A stretch of 64,000 bases of DNA, taken from NCBI RefSeq assembly GCF_009914755.1, contig NC_060931.1, one strand, 5' to 3'. The notes under the pieces are model-generated. The model saw only the letters and a program-made list of their open reading frames with translations, made no database searches and had not been told where the DNA came from. A program made the position numbers and the translations under genes. The DNA is from the human T2T-CHM13v2.0 reference genome, Homo sapiens. Numbering within the stretch: the first letter of the stretch is position 1; every line of letters starts with the position of its first letter. This document shows positions 54,831-64,000 of the stretch, piece by piece.

Positions 54831-57655
54831 GGTTTCACTCAGTAGGGGTATGAGTAGGAAGATGCATCAATTGTAACCAAGGCCAGTTTAATTAGGCATT
54901 GAAATCTGCTGCAAATCATATGTTGGAGGCATCACAGCTAAATAAAGGTAATTTATCTATAATCTATTGTTTTACCCATGCCTCTCTTCATTACCATTAA
55001 TACAAAGAATTGAGTATGTTAGGAAAAAGGGACTTCATCAAATTTTCACATTTGTTTCATATTTGAAAAATGAAAGTAATATGAATGCATTTAAAAAATG
55101 TAGAAGTGACACAAAATAAAAATGTTATGCTTTTTAAACAGTTGTTTGTTTAATAAGGTTTTAACACACTAAAATAAAGACATTTCTTATAAAACATGAT
55201 CATTCAAACCTAGTGAAAATTTAATTCACTGTTTTAAATAGGTTTTGGCAAAGTGATGGAAACATATTGGATTAATGGCAAAATATATTTTTAAAAGATG
55301 GAAAGTGAATTATGTTGCCATGATTTTTATTACAAATTATTTCCAAAAACAGAAAAAATAAGCAAATGAATTTAACCAAATAAATACCAGTAATTTTTTT
55401 TACTGTTCTCTTCATATAGGAGTACAGAGATAGAGGTGCTTGAAGAGCTTGGCTTCTCATTTATTTCAGATCTTGTTGCAGATTCAAAGTCAATCTTATT
55501 TCTCAGTTCTACAGGAACTGGCTAAGACAGATTCAAATAACTAAATAAGATCCTATTGCATAATCCAATTTCGATATTCTCAGTAAAAATTTGAAAGGAA
55601 AGTCAGAGATCACAAAAACAGAAATCAGTAGAGGAATCTGCTTGTATTTTTACTAGTTCTTCTGCTAGTTTATTGTTTTGCTTTGCTTGCTTTTTTGTTC
55701 ATTTATATACAAAGCTTGCCATGGATATTTTTAAGTTTCCATTTAACCAGCAGACTGGTTTGAGATAACAAATTAAAGATAGACCTGCTTAATAAATTGA
55801 TAGATGATATAGACATAGATATATTAGTTGAAATAATTAACTATCAAAATACTGGAGCTCAGCAGGAAACCAAGGCTGCATTAACCCAATGTTCTTTTAT
55901 GTTGAAGGGTGAATGTCATCTCATGAGCTTATTTTCTCTTACCTTGAGAAATCTATTGTGATATTGATGGCCTATACTGATGTGATTTTTTTTTTAAAGA
56001 TAATTGTTTTTGCTACCCACACTTACTTGACTTGCAAATTTTTAGAATTTTGTTTCTAAAAGTCAGAAGCCCAGCAAAATAAAGACTAAGTTATGTTTCT
56101 TAGCCAACATATGAAGCGGATGTGTGATGCACCTCTAACTCTCCTGACATGCCTTCATTTGGGCCTTAACCAGTACTTGGAGAGACAGAGTGCAGGCAGC
56201 TATGCTTGTAAAGATTACCCTTGCCATGATGACTCACAGCCAGATCTCCCTTAACCAGGGGCTGCTAGTCCTCCCTGAGATCCACTTTTCTTGCTCGGCA
56301 TAGTGATGTGACCAAAACAGGTTGAAATAACCCATCTATTCACATATCAATAGTTTCATAGGTTCCTATTTTATTTCAAGGTCATGAGTAATGTTTGGAG
56401 ATGCAGTTGAATCATGAATTATTTCTTCACTGAATTCAGAGAAATACAATTATTTCAAATCTTTTAAAATTTGTTTTGTCATATTAAAAATGCATAGGAG
56501 AAGATTTGGTAAGTTAATATTACCAAAAAGTAAATAAAAGACATAAAAAGTTATGTTGTCTTTTAAGAGAATAATTCTAGCTCAGACACCTGTGTTCATA
56601 AAGTAATGTAGTGTTCTCTGCAATAATGAGATATGGCATGTTGACTAAAACCCTTAAAGGTAGAATTCAAAAACTGAGACATTAAGAACTAAGGAAATCC
56701 TAACCTTAACTTCATTGTAATTTAGACCTGTCAACAAAATTATCAGGATAGCAATTTTAGAGATTATTTCTAGGTACTGCTTACAGTACTTCTCTTGTAC
56801 TGAATGAAATTGTGCCCTCTCAATCAAATATTTGCCCTAAGCTCTACTTTAGGATGTTTGTATTTGGTCAACTAAAAAGTTGAAGTCAAGCATTCATTTT
56901 CAATGGGACTTGAGAGTAGTATGCAATTAGAGGATTTGGAAATAGTTACGTACCTAATAAAAATTAAGGAAATCATTTACTACCAGATGAAAGTCAGTAT
57001 AAGTGTTTCATTCTTGTTTTGTCTTCCCATAAATGCATATGTCTTAGTTATATGGGATGACATATGCAAGTTTTACTCATTGACTTTGCCCTTACAGGTA
57101 AATAAACAGATTGCTTTTTCTATCTGAAGATCAGTGTTACATGTTTTATGAATGAATTTCCTATGAAAAAAGAACCAACCAAAGAGGCCTCCTCTGGGTG
57201 TCTTTCTTCCATAATTTCAGTGAAGTCAGAAGTGTCACACTACGTACCTATGCCTAGAACTAGCTATGCAGCATATCAAAGGAAGTTCTATGCCACAGAA
57301 CAGAGCACAGAGTTTTGCATATAGTAATCATTCAATAAATAGTTGAAATAAACTATGTGAATCTTCGCATTGCCTCTACTTGACTAAAATGATGAGTTTC
57401 ATTATCATACACACTTAGCTATAGGTAATAACAGCAGTCAAAGTCACTGCTATACTGGATATTCATTTCTTCTTCAGATTTCCACATTACCTATTTGCCT
57501 ACTGAAAATTTTGAGTTATCATCTAACAACCTGATAATCATATAATAAATATCACCAAAGACTGTTTTCTAAATGCATTTTGGGGGATAATTCATTCTCT
57601 TAGAAAATATTTGAAGACAAAAATACAATGTGGAACAAATAGTCCATTTGGAATT

Positions 57656-57671
57656 TTTATTGTCATTTAAT
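57656..57671 (-). terminator. Polyadenylation signals (ATTAAA 57666-57671, AATAAA 57656-57661)
   Basis: Tandem hexamers on the minus strand with a GU/U-rich tract (ttgtatttttgtc) about 30-40 nt downstream. Confidence 0.7.
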
Positions 57672-57919
57672 GCCTTATGCTTTATAGGTACAAATTCATT
57701 CTGAAGCAATGCTTGTGGAAATTTTAATTTACATTTTCAATTCTGAATAGTTGACACTGAAATAGTTCAGCTGTGTTACAGTCTTCCCTCACAAGAGAAA
57801 AGCATTGCTTAAAGACAGGCCACCCACAGAATTTTTCAGAATTGAAAGATAATCTCCCAATTGTTTCAGTCTTGTCAGATTTTGCCTATGAACGCCCTGA
57901 CTTTGTAGCTATAAAGAAG

Positions 57920-57938
57920 GTATGTGTGTGTGTGTGTG
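57920..57938. repeat. (TG)n microsatellite in 3'UTR
   Basis: gtatgtgtgtgtgtgtgtg. Confidence 0.85.
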
Positions 57939-58053
57939 CATGCATCAAGTATTACACTCAAGTGAACAGAATATGTTTAAGTTTGCATTTCAATATATAT
58001 GGGTGTTTTCTTAAAAATATGAAAGGTTGAAATATTTGATCAATGAATCCTGA

Positions 58054-58073
58054 TAAATGATACAGTGTTAAAT
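58054..58073 (-). promoter_or_regulatory. AU-rich element: two ATTTA pentamers 10 nt apart
   Basis: + strand taaat at 58054-58058 and 58069-58073, inside the 3'UTR. Confidence 0.7.
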
Positions 58074-58532
58074 ACAAATTTCATGTTCAATACTAAAAGA
58101 CCAAAAAAGTCCTCTGCCATTGTCCATGTTTTATCTGTTTTTTAAAACCGTAGGGGAAAATATATACTCTCAAGGGGAAAAAAAAATGAAGCTTTATTGC
58201 AAGAGAAATGAATGCAAGAAATAGCACTTTAAGTAGTGAAGAGATGTGAAGCATTGCAACTTCATAGCCTGCTAAGGAGCAACAGCTGTACCTAATTTCA
58301 ACTTGACGTGCTTCAGATCTCATATTCATATAGGTATTTAATGATCCAAACATAATGGTCCTATATAGAATAATTACTTATATGAAGGAGCAAACTTATT
58401 CGCGTCCCTTTTTAAATGATCCTTCAAGAGAAAAACTGCACTGGATCTTTGAACAATGAATAGTCCCATTCACCAATCCAAATGTTTGGGGTTAAATAGC
58501 TTATCTTTTAAGAGAGAATAGTAGTGCTGAGG

Positions 58533-60935
58533 TTACTTCTTTTTGACAGACTCTTTTTGTCTACCCTCTTCCCAGGATAGCCAGGACAATGACAAAACGT
58601 AGAATGTCAAGCCAATCATTAAGTCATAATGGTAGACAGTTATAAGAAATATCAGAAACAAAAGGAAATAAGGTATTTTAGAGTTGGTATATTTTGAAAA
58701 CAAAGATTCGTTGCCTTGAGCTTGACTTTCCTCAACAGGAAGACTAGTAGAAGCAGAGCTGTCAGATTCCTTTTCACCTGAAGTGTATAGTGATTGCCCA
58801 GAGCTTACTAATCCTTCATTTTCATGCCTTGCTTCTTCCATATTCTCAAGAGGTTTGTTGATTAAAATCATTGGCCCTAGAGATTTTTCCACACTATACT
58901 CTTCTGTTTGGAAAATCTGGCCTATGCATCTTTCTTTTCTACTACCTGATGTCACTATTCCTGAACTTCTGGAAACTTCTTCAGGTTTAGACTCAGGATA
59001 AGGGTGCTTCTCAATACCCTGGATTTCTCTTGTTGAATTACAAATATTTTCTGATTTCGTAGAAATAGGTTGGCTAGCCATGGTAGTAACTGCATTCTCT
59101 ACAGCAATTGCCTGCTCATTAGTTGACACTGAAATTTCAGTATGATGTTTGGAAAAAGGAGAGCTATTCTGAGGAGCTCTATTAGTGTCTGAGTTAAAAG
59201 CAGAATGCACAATGGCATCCGAGTCTGTTTTCTTTGATAATTCTTGAACCTGCCTATGATCTCTGTTTTCTGAAAATACAGTTTTGTCTGTTGGTAACAT
59301 TCCCAACTGTAAATCCAGTTTTGAAGTTGCTTTTTGATATTCTGTAATGACCCATGAGGATTCTTCCACAGATGTTATATTTCCAGTGCCACATTTCTCC
59401 CTGTCATGTGTCTTCCTAGGATTGTACATAGACATGGTTTCTTCCTTCTCCATTTCATCTACACGTACATTACAAATACCTAAACGTGATTCCTTTTCAA
59501 AATCATTGTCATAGATTACACCTACTGTATCTCGTTGACAAAGGGTATAATGTGAATCATCATTTCTCCCTTCATGTGGATCAAACGCTGTTTCCTTTAC
59601 CTCGATGGGCCTGTCACTTCGTGCTGTCTCTTGAGGTAGCTTAGCAATTATTGCTTTTTCTCTAGCAGACATGCTTTCTGGAGTACTTTCTGATGTTGTC
59701 TTAATTATATAGGCTGTACCAGCTTCTGCTTTCTCAGTAATGCCATGATCAGCTAGAGAAGACAGTTCACAGCACACTGTTTCTTGGCAGGTAAACAATT
59801 CTTCTGTAGTAGCTTTCAAACTCCTCGTATTATCTCTTTTTCCCCACACGTCTTCACAATCTGTTTGTCCTTTGATATGCTCTGTTATGTTTGTCTTATT
59901 CTCTCTTGATTTTCCCTGACTTTCCAGAACATTCCAACTTTGTTTATGCTGTGGGCTATTATCCTGATCTTCAGAATTAATCCCACCTGATTTTTCTTCA
60001 ACTTGGAAAAGATAATCATTCCTCAAAACATTTCCAGTTCTTGATGAACAAACTTGACCAGTTATCCCTCCTAAAGCGCTGCCTTCACTAGTCAAATGAT
60101 GATGCTCTGGGGTTAACACAGCTTCTTCCCAACTTAAATTTGTCCTTGGTGAATGAGACACATCTGCTGTGATTGCCCGGGTGGGGATTGCGGTATGTTC
60201 GCTCAGCAGAGTAGCCAGGTCTCTGTTACTAGCTCCAATCCCTGCCACACTTATTTTAGGGTTACCCATCTTCCTTTCTTGGTCATGTAAGATTGTTTGG
60301 AAATTTTTTCTTTGTTTTTCATTAACACCTAAATATATTCTTTGTTCTTCATCATCCTTACCATTGCCATAATAATCTTCCTTAGAAGATCCTTCTTCTG
60401 TTGATTCTTTGAGACATGCCGACGTATCTGAATGGAAATCTCTTCGTAAACATCCCAAATCTTTTACTTCAATTTTTTTAGCTCCTCCTTCATGTTTTTT
60501 ATTAAGGTTTCCTGCCATTAGTTGATCTGAAGAGGGGCAAGGTATTTGCATTGTGCCATTGCCATGGGCTGGATTAGCATTATCATCCAGGACTTCTTTG
60601 CTGCCAGTATGTAATTGCACTAGTTCATCACTACTAGTATCTCCCAATGATGGCTTGATTTCTCCCATATTTGAAGTAGTTTCCTCTGAAGGTTGATGTG
60701 TACAGTCATCTCCTGAGGAATATTTTTCATTGCAGTAAAAATCTCCCTTTACGGAGCTTTCTGCTGATGAACTTGGAGACAGAGACCTTTGGAACAAGTC
60801 AGTACATATTTCACCATGGATTTGCTTCTTCTCTAACCCCTCTGCTTTATTTGGAAAATTGACTGGATCTGTTGAAAATGTATTCCTTTCATCTCTGGAA
60901 GCAGTACTTCTGGTTCTTATTAAGTGTTGATTTAT
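58533..60935 (-). CDS. PPP1R3A: PPP1R3A terminal coding exon (exon 4; approx. aa 323-1122 plus stop)
   Basis: 800 codons INQHLIRTRST...EEGRQKESVKKK then TAA, recognised as the GM C-terminus. Preceded on the minus strand by a polypyrimidine tract and AG (ttctttgttgtttttatcccatAAG|ATA); phase 0, joining in frame to the upstream exon. The first 12 aa of the 812-aa track ORF are intronic. Confidence 0.97.
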   Translation of the reverse strand: MNQHLIRTRSTASRDERNTFSTDPVNFPNKAEGLEKKQIHGEICTDLFQRSLSPSSSAESSVKGDFYCNEKYSSGDDCTHQPSEETTSNMGEIKPSLGDTSSDELVQLHTGSKEVLDDNANPAHGNGTMQIPCPSSDQLMAGNLNKKHEGGAKKIEVKDLGCLRRDFHSDTSACLKESTEEGSSKEDYYGNGKDDEEQRIYLGVNEKQRKNFQTILHDQERKMGNPKISVAGIGASNRDLATLLSEHTAIPTRAITADVSHSPRTNLSWEEAVLTPEHHHLTSEGSALGGITGQVCSSRTGNVLRNDYLFQVEEKSGGINSEDQDNSPQHKQSWNVLESQGKSRENKTNITEHIKGQTDCEDVWGKRDNTRSLKATTEELFTCQETVCCELSSLADHGITEKAEAGTAYIIKTTSESTPESMSAREKAIIAKLPQETARSDRPIEVKETAFDPHEGRNDDSHYTLCQRDTVGVIYDNDFEKESRLGICNVRVDEMEKEETMSMYNPRKTHDREKCGTGNITSVEESSWVITEYQKATSKLDLQLGMLPTDKTVFSENRDHRQVQELSKKTDSDAIVHSAFNSDTNRAPQNSSPFSKHHTEISVSTNEQAIAVENAVTTMASQPISTKSENICNSTREIQGIEKHPYPESKPEEVSRSSGIVTSGSRKERCIGQIFQTEEYSVEKSLGPMILINKPLENMEEARHENEGLVSSGQSLYTSGEKESDSSASTSLPVEESQAQGNESLFSKYTNSKIPYFLLFLIFLITVYHYDLMIGLTFYVLSLSWLSWEEGRQKESVKKK
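58569..58676 (-). other. PPP1R3A: C-terminal hydrophobic membrane-anchor segment of GM
   Basis: IPYFLLFLIFLITVYHYDLMIGLTFYVLSLSWLSW followed by a short basic tail; GM is known to associate with sarcoplasmic reticulum via a C-terminal hydrophobic region. Confidence 0.85.
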
Positions 60936-62444
60936 CTTATGGGATAAAAACAACAAAGAAATAATGACCATAAGATCTTTTAAAATATATAGTGAATTAG
61001 ATAGGTTTTACTAACTCGGCTAGTAATTATCTGGTAGATTTCTTTGACTGATTTCATTTGTGGATTTCATATAAACTCTGGAAGCCAGATGTTTTGGGGA
61101 AATCCTTGCAGGCTATGACTGGGGAACGAGATTAGTAAGAAAGGGGGCCCAAATTTATCACTCTCCTTCCCAGCTTCCAACTATCACATTGTATTATTCA
61201 ACTGTTCTTGCTTGTCATTGCACTTTCTCCTCACTTAGACTATACACATTGATAGCTCCATGCTAATCAATTAGACAGCAGCTTCCTGGGTGCCCCTTGC
61301 TGCATTTACACTTGCTGTAGGTGCCCCCATTACAGTTTCTCTTATTAATATGTTTTCTGCAAAGCCTCTGCAAACTATTAATAGCAAAACGTCACTCAAA
61401 GAAAAGTGAGGGAGTTAATGTCTCTGCAAATTCTGTTTTAATGACCCTCTGCCAACTGGTACTCAAATGTATTTGAGCTCTTCAGTGATGCCAACTGTCA
61501 GGATTTAACAGTGAGATGCCTGTGTTTTTTTTTTTTCTCCTCATAACTGACATTTGCATGATCTCAATAATTATATGCAAATCTTACGTTTTCCCCTTCT
61601 TCTCACATAAGGCTCATGTTACTTGTCAACTGCACAGCTGTCTTGTAAGCCAATGCCTGTGGGTTCCACAGATTTGGTTGTATTTCCATCTATTATAGAG
61701 CTTCATTGTTTTATGCATTAACGTCAGCATGGAGCAAATTAGCATCTAAATTACAGCTCCCTGTTCATTTATTGGATGTACAATCTCAGTAACTTCTAAA
61801 CAAACTTTTATATTTGAGCCTGCTCATCGTAATGAGATGTATTGGTGAAGTATGTGATTTTTCAGGGCCCTTTCATTATATTCTGTGGTTTGAAAAAAAT
61901 GGCCATGTTAACTTTCAGCTGGTGAGAATTCTCACAATGGGTGACAACTTTGTAGTTTCTTAAAGTTGGAGCAAAGTAAATTGCATACTTTAGTGATGCA
62001 GCTCCGCGATCACTATAGAAAAGGTGGAATATGTGGGGAAATAGATGAGCTCTATTTCTTTCCTGTTTCAGCACTGACACTTGAAGAGACAAATGTCATT
62101 TTAATCTTAGATGATTATGAATCCATGTATTCCAATGATATGAGCTCCATCCAAATACAGTAAAGGATAAATTGCATTATGTGACTCATTTACTCCTATT
62201 TCTTCCTTTGTGATAAAAGTGCTGTATAAACCATCCCCCCAAAAAATTCCAAATAGATTGAATGCTCACCAAGTATGAAATTTATAACAAATTTAATACT
62301 AAGTTGTATAGTACTGAATTTGTTTCCTGTTTTAAAATTATGGCACAGGCTATTTTCTTTTTACTTGGTAATTTAATACTCTACAATGATATAGAACTTG
62401 GAGATTCTCACAAGGATGGAATTTTTTAAAAAATGCTGTTACAT

Positions 62445-62600
62445 GTGAGAATCATAGACTTCTAGAGTAGGACAGGACACTAACAATCCTCTAGTCCAGC
62501 CCTCTCATTTTATAGACGAGTTTATGCTAAGTATACACTTGTCACAAAGATTAGAAATGCACATCAGGATAGTGCTACCTCTCCTGTAATTCCTGCAAAC
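62445..62600 (-). mobile_element. Degenerate MIR in PPP1R3A intron
   Basis: agaatcatagac...ctagtccagccctctcattttatagacgag. Confidence 0.6.
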
Positions 62601-62847
62601 TATTACTCAGAGCCACTGGTAAAGAGATAAGAAATGAATGTCATTAATTTACCACTGCAGAGACCAGAAGCAACATACAGAAATCAAAGTGCCTTGTTGA
62701 TCAAGCTAGAGACGCAAGGACAGAATAGGCTGTGCTTTCACATTTGCAAATTATATTAGTTGAAGCTATTGAAAGGCAGGCATTGCAGCATCTTTGAAGC
62801 AGAAATGGATTCATCTTCTCTAATACCGTGGCAACCAGAACACTTAC

Positions 62848-62972
62848 CATCAACTCTAATTCTTTTTCATTATGTTCATCATGTTCCCTGTTTACATCTT
62901 TTACATTTCGATTACTGGCTTCCAAATCTTCCTTGTCCTCATGAGAACAAATGATTGTTGGGATATAGGTAT
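62848..62972 (-). CDS. PPP1R3A: PPP1R3A internal coding exon (exon 3, 125 nt)
   Basis: Acceptor cttttcAG|AT, donor ATG|GTAAGT; encodes (D)TYIPTIICSHEDKEDLEASNRNVKDVNREHDEHNEKELELM; phases fit both neighbouring exons. Confidence 0.95.
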
Positions 62973-63070
62973 CTGAAAAGTTAATATAATTGTGCCTATG
63001 TAAGATTGTTTTAATTGTAGACTTTCACAAAAGAGACAAATTTGGTTTTAAAATTAATGAAGAATATTAC

Positions 63071-63129
63071 CTGTATTCTTTGGATTCTCAAAGTTATTTT
63101 CTTCTGATGTTACTGATGATTCTTCTTTA
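63071..63129 (-). CDS. PPP1R3A: PPP1R3A internal coding exon (exon 2, 59 nt)
   Basis: Acceptor tttaacAG|T, donor CAG|GTAATA; encodes KEESSVTSEENNFENPKNT(D); splices in frame across a 98-nt intron (62973-63070). Confidence 0.93.
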
Positions 63130-64000
63130 CTGTTAAATTTAAAAGAAAATGTTATATGTTTTTCTGGGACTGCATCTTCTAAGTATTTTTACACAGGGGG
63201 AAATTCAATCAGTAACAAGCCAAATAAACATTATATAGCCTTTCTTATTTTCCTATATTACTTGGGATTTTTTGAAATAAAAATGATCTTTTTGGAATGA
63301 TGCAATAGTAAGTATTGGTTGTAGAAAAATTTAAAAGTAATTCAAACAATGCCATATTTCTAAACAGAAACACACTCTATTTCTTAATATTTAAGAAAAT
63401 ATATTAAAACTTATATAACCAAAGTAAAAACATATGTAAATGTAGATTATTCTATCTTCAATGAATTTCATCTTTTCAAGTGAGAATGTTTTTCTCATGG
63501 CTTAATGATAAAATTTTATGAACTGACAGTCTATTTATGGTCATGGAAATTGCTAACATTTCAATTAATTTTTTGTGTTCCATTTTACTCAAAATTCTTC
63601 CAGTTGGACTAACATTAACTCTCTCTCCAGAAAAGCAAAAAAACACAAAAAGTAAAAGTAAGAAAGAAACAAGCTAACTAAAAAACTGAAAGGCAGCTAA
63701 ATTTATACTCAGTTAAAAGACTTTATATATGTATTGCCACAGGCCAATTTTAAAAGCAAGACTTTGGATCATTTATATGCAAGCATATACTTTCCTTCTT
63801 TAAAATGATTTGGGTTACATTTCCTTTTCTAGCATACCCTGCATACTGATTGTAAAAGACAAATACCTTTTTCCTTCAAATGTAATCTATTTGTAGTTGT
63901 ATTTGTGAAGTCATTAGAATTTAGATTTGTCCATGAAACTCAGGAGGAAAAATGTTGGTAAAAAAAGCTCACTTTGTGTATAGTTATGTCACAAGTCAAT

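Larger units (their letters stand above)
57635..58532 (-). other. PPP1R3A: PPP1R3A 3'UTR (proximal form, end approximate)
   Basis: Follows the TAA stop; AU-rich; ends shortly after ATTAAA/AATAAA hexamers. Confidence 0.75.

Noticed and set aside
58783-60372. Short + strand ORFs antisense to exon 4
   Set aside because: Shadow ORFs of the coding strand.
60936-60971. ATG start of the 812-aa ORF (MVIISLLFLSHK)
   Set aside because: It is the intron's polypyrimidine tract and acceptor read in frame; the protein joins from the upstream exon.

Overview
AT-rich, repeat-dense primate (most likely human, 7q31) genomic DNA. The right end carries the 3' part of PPP1R3A (striated-muscle glycogen-targeting PP1 subunit, GM/RGL) on the minus strand: two short internal coding exons (63071-63129, 62848-62972), the 2.4-kb terminal coding exon (58533-60935) and its 3'UTR. 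The first exon lies beyond the window. The other ~53 kb is downstream intergenic DNA with Alu, MIR, L2, MaLR LTRs, DNA-transposon MITEs, a dead full-length L1PA7/8-like element and a multi-layer L1/Alu nest containing two apparently independent 5' inversions. Nearly all short ORFs in the track are repeat-derived or chance. I see no convincing novel gene system. The most unusual items are a perfect interleaved inverted duplication at 7261-7405 (template-switch scar), a POU/SOX/MEF2/E-box motif cluster in a PPP1R3A intron, candidate alternative poly(A) sites around the 3'UTR AU-rich element, and coding alleles that seem to differ from the GRCh38 reference. Repeat subfamily names and boundaries are by eye and approximate.
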